Of a stretch of 64,000 nucleotides of DNA, positions 31,295 through 41,683 are shown piece after piece. A program made the translations under genes and the position numbers. This DNA comes from Desulfobacterales bacterium (GTDB lineage: Bacteria; Desulfobacterota; Desulfobacteria; Desulfobacterales; SKZT01). The notes below the pieces were generated by a model that made no database searches, was not told the DNA's origin, and was given only the letters and a program-made list of their open reading frames with translations. The stretch covers positions 8,128 through 72,127 of the forward strand of contig JAGYNR010000001.1 of NCBI GenBank assembly GCA_018399715.1, read 5' to 3'. Each line of letters opens with the position of its first letter. Within the stretch, counting starts at the first letter, position 1.

Positions 31295-32779
31295 TTATAT
31301 GTTCTTATGTGAAGCCAGCAGACGAGACGCCAGCATTGGAACCAGGCTGAGAGAAACGGCAAGGGAACAGATCAGAGCAAACGCCATCACATATGCCAAC
31401 TCCTCAAATAAAATGCCGGAGACACCACGAACAAAAACAAGGGGAAGAAACACCACCAGCGTGGTGAAAGTGCTGGCCACAATAGCCGGGGCTACCTCTC
31501 TAGCGCCTTCCACTGAAGCGATCATAGGCGGTTCATGGTTTTCCTCCTGACGGCGGAAAATATTTTCCAGTACGACAATGGAGCTGTCCACCATCATGCC
31601 TATCCCCAGAGCGAGTCCACCCAATGTCATCAGATTCAGGGTGAACCCTCCGAAATAGATCAGCATGAAAGTGGCAATAACCGAAATGGGTATTGCCATG
31701 GATATCACCAGGGTACTGCGAAAGCTGCGCAGAAAGAAAAGAAGGACAATAATCGCCAATCCTCCGCCATACAGTACAGACCGGGCAACATTGGAGATGG
31801 AACGTTGTATAAAATTTCCCTGGTTGATAACCGGGACAATGTTCACCTGAGGAAAAACCGCTTTAAGAGATTCAATTTCCGCCAGTATCCCGCGGGATAC
31901 CTCCACGGTATTGGCATCCGATTGTTTCCGGATTCCCACGCGAAGGCCGCGGTCTTTGTTGACCCGTACGATGCGGGTGTGTTTCTGATAGGTGTCTTTG
32001 ACATGGGCAACCTGATCAAGTGTCACCGCAGCGCCATCCTGAATAAAGATTACGGTATTTCGGATTTGATCCAGGCCGGCGAATTCTGAGGGTGCCCGAA
32101 GGGTTACCTCATAACGTCCTTCCTCTATTTTTCCCGCAGGCAAATCCAGGTTGGCATCCCGGATGACACGAAGTATTCTGTTTAAAGAAATTCCAAGCGC
32201 TTTCACACGATCCGGATCAAGTTCAATTCGGATTTCCCGGTCCCAACCGCCCCACAGGTCCACCTGGGCAACCCCGGGAATCCGGGAAAAACGGTACCGA
32301 ATCTGATCTTCAATCAGACGGGTGAGCTCCACAGGATCAATGTTGCTGGAAATTCCAAGAATGACGACCGGAAAACTGGAAATATCGAATTTGCGAACCC
32401 GTGGTTTAACGATATCTTCAGGAAGTTCATTGATTTCATCTTCCAAAAAAGATTGAACATCAAGAGCAGCCGTATCGATTTGGGTACCCCAGGCAAAAGT
32501 CACCCGGACACGGCTTCTGCCGTCGGATGAAGTGGATGTAATTTCTTCCACTCCCGGCACTGTAGCCACGATTTCTTCTACAATTCTGGTTACCAATCGC
32601 TCGATAACCTCAGGACTTGCCCCTTCATATTCCGTGGTGATGCTGAGTGTCGGCAGTTCAATGTCCGGCAACAGATCTATTCTGAGTCTTCCCAAAGAAA
32701 CAGCTCCGATAATGATAATCATCAGGGCTACCATGGTCGTAAAAATCGGTTTTCGTACACTGAATCCCGGAAGATTCAA
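31295..32779 (-). CDS. RND (HAE1-type) efflux permease, N-terminal half (TM1-6)
   Basis: It starts with the typical FSVRKPIFTTMVALMIIIIG. It ends in the central cytoplasmic loop at an in-frame TAA (31295-31297). Confidence 0.7.
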   Translation of the reverse strand: MNLPGFSVRKPIFTTMVALMIIIIGAVSLGRLRIDLLPDIELPTLSITTEYEGASPEVIERLVTRIVEEIVATVPGVEEITSTSSDGRSRVRVTFAWGTQIDTAALDVQSFLEDEINELPEDIVKPRVRKFDISSFPVVILGISSNIDPVELTRLIEDQIRYRFSRIPGVAQVDLWGGWDREIRIELDPDRVKALGISLNRILRVIRDANLDLPAGKIEEGRYEVTLRAPSEFAGLDQIRNTVIFIQDGAAVTLDQVAHVKDTYQKHTRIVRVNKDRGLRVGIRKQSDANTVEVSRGILAEIESLKAVFPQVNIVPVINQGNFIQRSISNVARSVLYGGGLAIIVLLFFLRSFRSTLVISMAIPISVIATFMLIYFGGFTLNLMTLGGLALGIGMMVDSSIVVLENIFRRQEENHEPPMIASVEGAREVAPAIVASTFTTLVVFLPLVFVRGVSGILFEELAYVMAFALICSLAVSLSLVPMLASRLLASHKNI

Positions 32780-32784
32780 TACGA

Positions 32785-33981
32785 TTATCCTTTCTGTCCG
32801 GAGAGGACATTTTCTTTTTTGTTTTCTGGTATGGTAATCAAAGATCCATCCTCCACCAACTGCTGCCCCAAGGTTACCACCTGTCCGGATAGCCCTTTAC
32901 CTTCTACCTGCACCCGGTTTCCATCGCGAATGCCCACTTTGACAGTCCGCCAAACCACGGATTTGCCATTTTCACTGACCACAAAAAGTCCGGTTTCGCC
33001 GTCACGAACAGTCAGCGCCTGAAAAGGCACAATTGTAACATCAGATACCTGATCCAAAACCACCGCAGCTCTGACAAACATACCCGGTTTCAATCGGTGA
33101 TCCTTGTTTTTTACCGTTAGCTCTACCCGCGCCTGACGGGTGGCCTTACGAAACACCGGAGCAATTCGGGAAATGATGCCGTCAAATTTTTCATCGGGAT
33201 ATGCATCGGTGGTTAAAAAAACTTTCTGACCCGTATTTAACCGGCCAAAATCTTTTTCTGTTACATATATCACTGCAGAAATCGGATCCAACTCTACAAT
33301 GGACAACAGATCTGTATTGGCTGCGATAGTATTTCCCTCGTCTGCAAACCGTTCCGCCACAACCCGATATGTATCACCACTACTCCAACCTGCAGTGACC
33401 CGAGTATAACCCAGACGAATATTGGCAGCGGCCAGAAACGCCTCGGCTTTGACAACCTGAGCATTGGCAACTTTCAACTGAGCGGACTTGGCCAACTGAT
33501 CGGCTTTGGCTTTATCATACTGTGATTCGGAAGCAATACCACTTTTTCGAAGTTTTTGGATACGATTCAATTCCCTGTCGGCAATTTCAAGAGCACTTGC
33601 AGCCTCGGCCCGGTTGGCCCTGGCCACCGTTAGTTCAGCTTCAGCCTGAACGACAGCATGGACATATTCATCGTTATCCAACTCGACCACTACCTGACCG
33701 CGGTATACGGTATCCCCCAGATCAACCGCCATTCGTTCGATACGACCACTTATCTTGGGAGCCACGACAAATTCAGCCATTGCCTCCAGCTCACCGCTAA
33801 ATATACGTTGCAATTCAATAGGGCCTGTTTCAAAGGCAGCTACTTCCACCGGGGCTAGCTGATTGCCGGTCATAGACCTTTTGGGCCCGGAATTTTTTTT
33901 TATCCGAAGGGAAACCATACCGCCGATGATCAGTAAGGTGCAGATCAGGAAAATAATTAATGATTTTGAAAGCTTACTCAT
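32785..33981 (-). CDS. RND efflux periplasmic adaptor (MFP/HlyD family)
   Basis: N-terminal TM anchor, coiled-coil hairpin and beta-barrel C-terminal part. It sits directly upstream of the RND permease. Confidence 0.75.
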   Translation of the reverse strand: MSKLSKSLIIFLICTLLIIGGMVSLRIKKNSGPKRSMTGNQLAPVEVAAFETGPIELQRIFSGELEAMAEFVVAPKISGRIERMAVDLGDTVYRGQVVVELDNDEYVHAVVQAEAELTVARANRAEAASALEIADRELNRIQKLRKSGIASESQYDKAKADQLAKSAQLKVANAQVVKAEAFLAAANIRLGYTRVTAGWSSGDTYRVVAERFADEGNTIAANTDLLSIVELDPISAVIYVTEKDFGRLNTGQKVFLTTDAYPDEKFDGIISRIAPVFRKATRQARVELTVKNKDHRLKPGMFVRAAVVLDQVSDVTIVPFQALTVRDGETGLFVVSENGKSVVWRTVKVGIRDGNRVQVEGKGLSGQVVTLGQQLVEDGSLITIPENKKENVLSGQKG

Positions 33982-34057
33982 AAAAATACCATCTTATTAA
34001 ACAGTGATTCACATGGACCAACACGGACATATAACTTGAATCATTTTAAACACCTGT

Positions 34058-35269
34058 TTATTCATGCCTCAACGCCTCAATGGGGTCAAGTCTTGCCGCC
34101 TTGCGGGCCGGAAAATATCCAAAAAAAACGCCGACGGCACCTGAAAAGAAAAAAGATAGTGCCACCAGGCCGGGACTCCATATAAAGGGCGCCCCCAGTG
34201 CATTAGCCCCTATGGCCGCGGTTCCTAACCCCAGGATAATGCCCACTACTCCCCCAAAAGAAGACAATACCAACGCTTCCACCAGAAACTGCAAAAGCAC
34301 TTCTTTTTCAAGGGCGCCGATGGCCAGACGGATACCGATTTCACGGGTTCTTTCCGTAACGGATACCAACATGATATTCATAATGCCGATACCGCCCACC
34401 AGAAGACTCACCGCCGCTACTGCTGCCAGAAGGGTGGTCAGCACACGGGTAGTACCGGTGAGCGTGTTCATGATCTCCTTCATGTCGCGAACATTAAAAT
34501 CATCTTCTTTTCCTCGCGGTATTTTTCTGCGTTCGCGCATCAGACTTTCTATATTCCGTTGGACTTTTTCTGTGGAGAATCCTTCTCTGGCGGAAACATA
34601 AATAACACTTACATCATTATCCCCCTGAATACGTCGCTGAAAAGTCCTGAGCGGAAGCAGAACAAAATCATCCTGATCAGTACCGAAACTGGACTGTCCT
34701 TTTGATTCCAACGTACCGATTACCTGGCAGGTTAATTTCTGAAGCCTGACAGCATTGCCGATTGGATTCTGGCCGCCGAAAAGTTCTTTTTGAACAGTAG
34801 CACCTAAGATACAAAGCGCCTTACCCGATCTCATCTCACTTTCCGTAAACAGACGCCCTGTCGCCAGTGTCCAGTTACGAACCGCCAGAAAATCATTGGT
34901 ACTGCCCATAACGGTGGTTGACCGGTTTTCATTACCGTATATGGCCTGTGTGGTCCTTGAACTGGCAGGCGCAACTGCGGCTATCCCTGAAATTTGCGCC
35001 AAAATCGCTTCAGCATCTGCCTGTGTAAACATTCTGGCGGCAGAACGAACGCCTCCCGGACCATGAAATCCTTGTCCGGGCCTCACCTGAAGAAGATTAC
35101 TTCCCAGCTTTGCAATGTCGGCGCTCACCTGGGCTGTCGCACTGTTTCCTAATGTCACCATAGTGATGACAGCAGCTACTCCAATGACAATTCCTAAAAT
35201 GGTCAGGGAAGATCGAAGCATATTGCGCCGGATTTCCCGTTGAGCCAGCATAAATGTTTCCCAGATCAT
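34058..35269 (-). CDS. MacB/FtsX-type ABC transporter permease
   Basis: 403 aa with a MacB_PCD-like periplasmic domain between TM1 and TM2 and an FtsX C-terminal bundle ([14 protein letters not shown]). Confidence 0.8.
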   Translation of the reverse strand: MIWETFMLAQREIRRNMLRSSLTILGIVIGVAAVITMVTLGNSATAQVSADIAKLGSNLLQVRPGQGFHGPGGVRSAARMFTQADAEAILAQISGIAAVAPASSRTTQAIYGNENRSTTVMGSTNDFLAVRNWTLATGRLFTESEMRSGKALCILGATVQKELFGGQNPIGNAVRLQKLTCQVIGTLESKGQSSFGTDQDDFVLLPLRTFQRRIQGDNDVSVIYVSAREGFSTEKVQRNIESLMRERRKIPRGKEDDFNVRDMKEIMNTLTGTTRVLTTLLAAVAAVSLLVGGIGIMNIMLVSVTERTREIGIRLAIGALEKEVLLQFLVEALVLSSFGGVVGIILGLGTAAIGANALGAPFIWSPGLVALSFFFSGAVGVFFGYFPARKAARLDPIEALRHE

Positions 35270-35991
35270 AAGGCAACTCTGCTTTTTACCATCTGATTTT
35301 CATCGATTCGCCCATCCCTGAAACAAATTTGGCGACCGGAATAGGCAGCCATATCAGCCTCATGGGTAACCATGAGGATCGTAATGTGATTTTCCCGGTT
35401 AAAAGTGGTCAGCAGTTCCATGATTTCCCGACTGCGCTCCGAATCCAGGTTGCCGGTCGGTTCATCCGCCAGAAGCACCTTGGGTTCGGTAACGATGGCC
35501 CGGGCAATGGCTACCCGCTGTTGTTGTCCGCCGGACAGTTCACCAGGGGTATGGGATTCCCATCCGGCAAGTCCTACCGCTGCAAGAGCTGCAAGTCCCC
35601 GCCGACGCCTTTCTTCCAATGGGGTACCCCGATAAATCAGCGGCAATTCCACATTTTCCAGCGCAGATGTACGATGCAATAAATTAAATCCCTGAAAAAT
35701 AAATCCCAGATAATGACGGCGAAGAAGCGCCCGCTGATCACGGGACAAATTACCAACGTAAATTCCCTCAAAAACATAATCCCCGCTGGTAGGCGTATCC
35801 AGACACCCTAGAATATTCATACAGGTTGATTTTCCTGAACCGCTGGGCCCCATCACTGCCACAAATTCTCCCGGCATAATCGTCAGATCAACACCACGAA
35901 GTGCATGCACCGCTGCACCTCCCCTGCCGTATACCTTGCTGACCTTTTTAAAAACAATCAGAGGTTGACTATTATAAACGATTGAATTCAT
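35266..35991 (-). CDS. MacB-type ABC transporter ATP-binding protein
   Basis: Walker [10 protein letters not shown], signature [14 protein letters not shown] and Walker [12 protein letters not shown]. Confidence 0.9.
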   Translation of the reverse strand: MNSIVYNSQPLIVFKKVSKVYGRGGAAVHALRGVDLTIMPGEFVAVMGPSGSGKSTCMNILGCLDTPTSGDYVFEGIYVGNLSRDQRALLRRHYLGFIFQGFNLLHRTSALENVELPLIYRGTPLEERRRRGLAALAAVGLAGWESHTPGELSGGQQQRVAIARAIVTEPKVLLADEPTGNLDSERSREIMELLTTFNRENHITILMVTHEADMAAYSGRQICFRDGRIDENQMVKSRVAL

Positions 35992-37310
35992 TATTTTATA
36001 CTTTTAATATCTGTTACGAGTTTCATACCAGGTTGAACGTTACCTTCAATTACTTCGGTCATAACGCCATCGGTTACCCCAATTTTGATAGGTATCTCGC
36101 TCAACTGCCGGTTAACAAGTGTCCACACCCGCTGTACTTTTTGATTGTTTTTCATTCCATTGCGAGACTTTTCCTGAGGTCGCCGGCGAAAAAACAGACG
36201 CGTCAGAATATTACCGCCCTGATTCTTTTCTTTTTCTTCCATGACAGGCGGAGAAAACCGAAGGGCGGCATTGGGAATCAGAATCGCATTAGTCATCTCC
36301 AGGACAACGATATCGGCGGTAGCAGTCATGCCTGGCCGCAATAAAAGCTCGCTGTTATCAACATTTAAAATCGTTTCATATGTCACAACGCCATCAACGG
36401 TTTTGGAACCATAACGGACCTGTATAATATCGGCAGCAAAACTTCTTTCCGGATAGGCATCCACTGTAAAGGTTGCCCGCTGCCCTACTTTTACCCGACC
36501 CACATCAGCTTCATCCACATCCACATGCAGTTCCATCCGGGCTAGATCCTCGGCAAGCGTAAACAATACCGGCGCCTGAAGGGAAGCTGCCACGGTCTGA
36601 CCAACTTCTACCGAACGGACCAGCACAATACCATTAACCGGAGAATGAATCAGGTTTTTGGCTAAATCGGTTTGGTTGTATTCCAGGATCGCCCGTGCCT
36701 GTTCTACTGATGCCTCAGCACTGGCTTTATCTGCCAAAGCCCTTAGCAAAACTGCTTCCGCCACTTCCAAATCATTTTGGGATACGGCCCTGCTTCCACT
36801 TAATGTATCCAGTTTTTGCAGACGCTGAAAAGTACTGCGAGCCTCCCGAATAGTCGCCTCGATCTGTTTTACTTTTGCTTTTGCCACGGCCAGTGCTGCT
36901 TCGGATTGAAGTACCTGAGCTTCCAGTCTGCTGGTGTCCAGCCGTGCCAGTATCTGGCCAACCGTTACGTGGTCATTATAATCAACTTCCACAGCATCTA
37001 CAATTCCGGAGAGTTCACTTCCGACTTCCACCTGATTGGTGGGTTGCAAATTGCCGGTTGCAGAAACCGTTACCATCAGATCACCCGATTGAACTGATTG
37101 GGTTGCATACTGAACAGCGGCATCTCCGTTTTTGCGAACCCATATGACTGCCACTATTATTATGGCTATGAAGGCAATTCCCCACAAAACCCATTTTTTC
37201 CATTTTCCGGATTTCGATAAGGATCGGGTATCCCCCAGAACTTTCAGGATATCAGGGGTGTCATCCGTGTAATTGTTTTTCATTTTTTTTATTCCCGCTA
37301 TGATTGTCAT
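35991..37310 (-). CDS. MacA-like periplasmic adaptor (HlyD family)
   Basis: TM anchor, long coiled coil and barrel domains. The start is uncertain (37310 or 37283); both overlap the end of the upstream gene. Confidence 0.75.
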   Translation of the reverse strand: MTIIAGIKKMKNNYTDDTPDILKVLGDTRSLSKSGKWKKWVLWGIAFIAIIIVAVIWVRKNGDAAVQYATQSVQSGDLMVTVSATGNLQPTNQVEVGSELSGIVDAVEVDYNDHVTVGQILARLDTSRLEAQVLQSEAALAVAKAKVKQIEATIREARSTFQRLQKLDTLSGSRAVSQNDLEVAEAVLLRALADKASAEASVEQARAILEYNQTDLAKNLIHSPVNGIVLVRSVEVGQTVAASLQAPVLFTLAEDLARMELHVDVDEADVGRVKVGQRATFTVDAYPERSFAADIIQVRYGSKTVDGVVTYETILNVDNSELLLRPGMTATADIVVLEMTNAILIPNAALRFSPPVMEEKEKNQGGNILTRLFFRRRPQEKSRNGMKNNQKVQRVWTLVNRQLSEIPIKIGVTDGVMTEVIEGNVQPGMKLVTDIKSIK

Positions 37311-38730
37311 CTGGATGCCCTGTTAGAGATGATGATTCCCATCCACCACCCAGGGTTTTATATATCCGAATTAAATTGGTCGTAATCGTTCCCTCACTTC
37401 GGGCCAGTTGGTCCTGAAAAGACAAGAGCGACCGCTGGGCATCCAAAACCGTGTTAAATTCAACCAGTCCGGCCTGATATCGCATTTGAGCCAGTTTTAC
37501 CGCCTGCTGTGCCGCCATCGCAGCAGAAGCCAGAAATTTTCGCCGATCATGCTCCTTTGCATAGTCAGTCAGCGCATTTTCCACCTCTTCCAGTGCACTC
37601 AGTACAGCGGACTCATACCGGATCAGATATTGTTCCCGGATAGCTGACTGGATCCCGATATTTTCACGAATCGCACCGGCATCAAATAGTTTCCAGGAAA
37701 CATTCGGTCCGATGCGCCAGACACGGCTGGATATATCGAACAGATCTTCAAGATCAAGTGCTTCCAGACCGATAGAACCAATTAGATTAAACCTGGGATA
37801 GAGATCCGCTGCGGCCACACCGACACGGGCGGTCTGGGCAGCCAGCTCCCGTTCAGCTTTTCGGATATCCGGTCTCAGCCGCAGTGCTTCCGCAGGAATT
37901 CCGACGGCTACCACCAGCGGCGGTGCTGGAACAGGCCCGGGGTCATTCAGTTTTTTATGGACAGTACCCGGTGTCAGCCCCATTAAAATGGCCAGCCGGT
38001 TCATTGCAATTTCCAGCTCTGATTCCAGCATTGGAACCTGCGAGCGGGAGTTTTCCAGATTATAACGGGCCTGCTCTACAGCAAGTTCGTCACTGAGACC
38101 GGCTTCAAAACGAAACCGGGTCAGCTCATAGGTCTCTTTTTGCGCTTTAATATTTTCACGGGCAATGGCAATCCTGTGTTGAAGTGTCCGGACATCAACA
38201 TAATTTACCCCAACTTCCGCCAGCAAGGTGATCAAAACATCGTGGAGATCTTCGCGAACAGCTTCCAGGTTTGCCTGCGAGGCTTCCACTTCCCGTCGGG
38301 TTCCGCCGAATATATCCAGTTCCCATCCTGCATCAAATCCCGCATAAAAAGCGTCACTTTCTGTACCTGTCCCGCTGCCGCTACGAATAGCAGAACCACT
38401 GCTGTCTATATCCGGAAAATATCCGGCAGAAGCGATTCCGATTCGGGAACGGGCTTCCAGAACACGAGCCCTGGCTTCTTTCAAATCCAGATTATTCCGG
38501 GCAGCTCTCAATATTATTTCCTCAAGAAGGGAATCCTCCAGACAAGTCCACCAACGGGCCAGTGTGGGGGGATCAGGAGAAGCCGAAACCAACCCTTTTT
38601 CAAGGTTTGAATGCCATTTATCTTCTAAAGTAAAGCCAGGTGGAATGTAGTCAGGTCCAACGGCTGCACACCCGGCAATTAATAAAAAAAGCATCATAAC
38701 ACTTAGGTGTTTCTTTATAATACGGTTCAT
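37261..38730 (-). CDS. NodT-family outer membrane efflux lipoprotein
   Basis: Lipobox LIAGCAAVGPDY followed by two OEP repeats. 489 aa. Confidence 0.8.
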   Translation of the reverse strand: MNRIIKKHLSVMMLFLLIAGCAAVGPDYIPPGFTLEDKWHSNLEKGLVSASPDPPTLARWWTCLEDSLLEEIILRAARNNLDLKEARARVLEARSRIGIASAGYFPDIDSSGSAIRSGSGTGTESDAFYAGFDAGWELDIFGGTRREVEASQANLEAVREDLHDVLITLLAEVGVNYVDVRTLQHRIAIARENIKAQKETYELTRFRFEAGLSDELAVEQARYNLENSRSQVPMLESELEIAMNRLAILMGLTPGTVHKKLNDPGPVPAPPLVVAVGIPAEALRLRPDIRKAERELAAQTARVGVAAADLYPRFNLIGSIGLEALDLEDLFDISSRVWRIGPNVSWKLFDAGAIRENIGIQSAIREQYLIRYESAVLSALEEVENALTDYAKEHDRRKFLASAAMAAQQAVKLAQMRYQAGLVEFNTVLDAQRSLLSFQDQLARSEGTITTNLIRIYKTLGGGWESSSLTGHPDDNHSGNKKNEKQLHG

Positions 38731-39104
38731 TGTTGTTTTTCTTTTCTTTTCCGGTATTCTTCACGCATTTTTTCAAGCTTTTGTATCTGGTCCGGGGTCA
38801 GTTCCTGTTTCATTTCGGTCATGCCCTTTTCAAACAGCGCCTTCATCTCCTGACGATGCTGAGAAAAAAGTTCACTGGCCTGGCTTTCTATACTCCTGAC
38901 AATCTCAGTAATTTTAGGCGTTTGCTGATCAGAGAGGCTTAATTTTCCGGCTAGTTTTTCCATGATATATTTGGTTCTTATCACCGGATCGCGTTTGAAC
39001 AATGGGTGTTTATTCTTGATATACACTGTGGTTAAAAACGATCCCACCAATGTCCCCAGAGAAAAGATAAGCAAAACGCCTATCACCAATTTCCATTTTC
39101 TCAT
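38727..39104 (-). CDS. Spy/CpxP-like periplasmic protein (LTXXQ motifs)
   Basis: N-terminal TM/signal segment. LSLSDQQ and LTPDQIQKL motifs. Helical and charged. Confidence 0.5.
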   Translation of the reverse strand: MRKWKLVIGVLLIFSLGTLVGSFLTTVYIKNKHPLFKRDPVIRTKYIMEKLAGKLSLSDQQTPKITEIVRSIESQASELFSQHRQEMKALFEKGMTEMKQELTPDQIQKLEKMREEYRKRKEKQQ

Positions 39105-39204
39105 CTTACCACCTTACAATGACCGGTTGTGTTGTTTCTTTAAAATTCATCCTGTGTCCCTGTTAACCATTTTCTTATTCATCTAAAGCCAATATCGGCA
39201 ATTG

Positions 39205-39522
39205 CTAATCCAAAAGCAAAAAAGCGTAAGATGCTTCCAGTTCAAAAGAGAAAAGTCGAAAAATTTCAGCATCACTAATTATTTCGTAGCTTGAAAGCCA
39301 TATTGAAATCGCAAGAATCATCACAAAGGTAACTGGTGCCAGACGCCACACAAATTGTTCAAACATAACCGAAAAATTTAGCCGACCATTTTCCCATGAA
39401 AGGCTGCGAATGCGTTGCATGGTCAGCTCCTTCCACGTGTCGCTGATTGGTATATTTTCTTTTTCTAAGTAAGTTATCCGAAATAAATTTATTAGATTTT
39501 TCCATTCAAACCGCCGTTGCAT
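39205..39522 (-). CDS. putative membrane anti-sigma factor (hypothetical)
   Basis: Small ORF 3 nt downstream of the ECF sigma gene with one central TM helix. Called on position only. Confidence 0.35.
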   Translation of the reverse strand: MQRRFEWKNLINLFRITYLEKENIPISDTWKELTMQRIRSLSWENGRLNFSVMFEQFVWRLAPVTFVMILAISIWLSSYEIISDAEIFRLFSFELEASYAFLLLD

Positions 39523-39524
39523 TT

Positions 39525-40118
39525 TTAATTCCTCCTGATGCTATTTAATATCTTTTGGAGTTTTTTGCGGGATCGAAAAGCCCGTACTTTAATGTTTGCC
39601 GCACTCCAACCCAGAAGCTCGGCTGTTTCCTTCACAGAAAGTCCTTCCAGATGAACCAGTTCCAATACGATCCGATCTTCTGCTGAGAGATAGCCAAGCA
39701 CCTGGTTTAATAATTGGCGCGCCTCCTGTCGACGTGCCATTTCTTCCTGCTCTGCTTCGACTTTCAGGGATATGGCGCTTTCCAGCCATTTTATTTGTTC
39801 TCTGGAAAAAAAACTCATGGGTATTTCCTTATGACGGTACCGCTTTCGCCAATAATCATAACAAGTTCTCATAGCAATAGATGATAGCCATTGTTTGAAA
39901 CCGCCTGTCTCTCGAAAATTCCCAAGAGATTGATATGCCCGGACAAAAATCTCCTGCACGATTTCTTCAATTTGTTGCCGGGGAACGTGTTTTTTGACAA
40001 TTGCCAGAACATAATTTTGATACCGGTCCATCAGGTAAGAAAAATCTTCCGTGTTTCCGCTGAGAACGTTTCGGATGATCTTTGTATCCGAAGGGACTTC
40101 TGGTACATATGCCACCAT
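39525..40118 (-). CDS. ECF-type RNA polymerase sigma-70 factor
   Basis: Region 2 (FSYLMDRYQNYVLAIVKKHV...EIVQEIFVRAYQSL) and region 4 (LSVKETAELLGWSAANIKVRAFRSRKKL). Confidence 0.85.
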   Translation of the reverse strand: MVAYVPEVPSDTKIIRNVLSGNTEDFSYLMDRYQNYVLAIVKKHVPRQQIEEIVQEIFVRAYQSLGNFRETGGFKQWLSSIAMRTCYDYWRKRYRHKEIPMSFFSREQIKWLESAISLKVEAEQEEMARRQEARQLLNQVLGYLSAEDRIVLELVHLEGLSVKETAELLGWSAANIKVRAFRSRKKLQKILNSIRRN

Positions 40119-40206
40119 TTTTTGTTTTTATTGCCCTTTCCGGTTTTTCTCGTTATACCAGACATTATCCGACGGTTATAAAAATTACATCTATATAGTG
40201 CCCGAA

Positions 40207-40245
40207 CGAAAACCAGGATTTTTCCTTCAGGCACTATCTATTAAG
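40207..40245. repeat. Repeat family B, TIR-only mini copy (two termini abutting, 39 bp hairpin)
   Basis: AGTGCCCGAACGAAAACC..GGATTTTTCCTTCAGGCACT. The arms correspond to the two TIRs of 6356-6498. Confidence 0.55.
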
Positions 40246-40480
40246 TCGCACAATTGAATAAAAGGTTACAAAAAAATAAAAAAAATTTGTGAAAAATCGG
40301 ATATGCATGATGAAAAATACCACAAGCTTTGCTATAGAAGACATAGCAAGAAATACAAAGCTGTTTTGGAATAATTTCTGTTATCCCCGTAGAGGGCTCT
40401 TGAAAACGAAAAAAAATTTTCGGTAGGTTAAGAAAGAAAGGAAAACAAACGAAGATTCAAAATAAAACGTATAACCCGAT

Positions 40481-40614
40481 ATTCAAGTTTTCAGGAAGTT
40501 TGTTCAAATTCACGGCTTAAGAAAAATTTTGACCACAGTCATACACTGAGTATTCCGAGAATCAAAATTATTATTCCAACACCGGAGTTGAGCAAATTAA
40601 CAAAAACTTGAACA
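40481..40614. repeat. Repeat family B-related element. It shares the 45-nt core hairpin (40525-40569) but has different imperfect termini (TTCAAGTTTT).
   Basis: Core AATTTTGA-29 nt-TCAAAATT compares with 6405-6449 AATTTTAA-29 nt-TTAAAATT. The loops match 25/29. Confidence 0.6.
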
Positions 40615-40655
40615 TCGAGTTAAACACGATAAAAGTGAAACCGTTCTACTGACTG

Positions 40656-41045
40656 TCAACCTTTTGTTTTAAGGTGTAACAAAATTTCAGAAAGTAGTTC
40701 CGAGCGAGCAGCCATACCAGATGCTGTTGATCCATATGCGGTTATCTCATTGATCCGCAGACCTACCTCGTATGTAATCAACCGATCCGTTCCGCACGAA
40801 CTTAAAGCCCACTCAACAATTCCCTTGATCATTACCGGATCAGGTAATTCCAGAAAAACCTTCAGCTGAAGATTGGTCCGGACAACACATGTTGTTGTCA
40901 ACCTTAAATCCCAAATGGAGATTTCCTTTACGTTTGCCCTAAAACTTTTGTAGGAATCAGAAACATTTGCATTGACCGATATTTTGTACCGGATATGTAT
41001 CCCACTTTCACATGAATCCAATGGTTTTTGTTCTGCTGCCAGCAT
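40656..41045 (-). CDS. hypothetical protein (possibly PilZ-like beta-barrel)
   Basis: 129 aa. The strand pattern resembles PilZ, but the canonical RxxxR / DxSxxG motifs are not clear. Confidence 0.3.
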   Translation of the reverse strand: MLAAEQKPLDSCESGIHIRYKISVNANVSDSYKSFRANVKEISIWDLRLTTTCVVRTNLQLKVFLELPDPVMIKGIVEWALSSCGTDRLITYEVGLRINEITAYGSTASGMAARSELLSEILLHLKTKG

Positions 41046-41245
41046 TTTACCTCTCCCTTCTTTATCACGCTTTTTTAATTCAGTTTAAAAGATTAGAAGC
41101 AAAAAAAGGGCCAGATTTATCTTTTTAGTTTTTATCAATAAATACAGTAAGTTTACTGAAATGCCATTGAAAACTCAAAAAAAGTGTATACAAAAAGTCA
41201 CAAAACTGTCTACTTATGTGCACAAAAATTAAAGATAATCGTTTT

Positions 41246-41683
41246 TTATTTTACCAGCATTACCGGGCACGCAGACAAAATTCCAACTTTATAGCTGATG
41301 GTCCCCCAACCTTGAGAAGGATCATTGGGATCAATCCGATGAGATTTCATGATAATCAGGTCAATCTGATAAGCTTCTACTGCTTTTAAAATCATGGCGG
41401 CTCGGTTTCCGAATACAATCTGGGGCAAAATGTTGACTTGCTGTTCATTTTCAAATGCTTGGGTCAGTGCGGTCATATCACGATGAACCCGTTTTTCCAG
41501 TTCTTTATAAAAGTCTCCAAGTTCATCATATGTAGTATCTGCAAGCGTTTCGATCACATGCAGCAAGTATACCTGACCGTTATCATGAGAAGCCAATTTT
41601 ACCGCGATATTTAGTGCTTTATCTTTTTTTTCACTCAGATCTGATGGAACCAGAATATTTTTGAACATAATGTTATCCTCCAA
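41246..41683 (-). CDS. universal stress protein (UspA family)
   Basis: FKNILVPSDLSEKKDKAL, LLHV and the C-terminal PVMLVK. Confidence 0.8.
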   Translation of the reverse strand: MEDNIMFKNILVPSDLSEKKDKALNIAVKLASHDNGQVYLLHVIETLADTTYDELGDFYKELEKRVHRDMTALTQAFENEQQVNILPQIVFGNRAAMILKAVEAYQIDLIIMKSHRIDPNDPSQGWGTISYKVGILSACPVMLVK

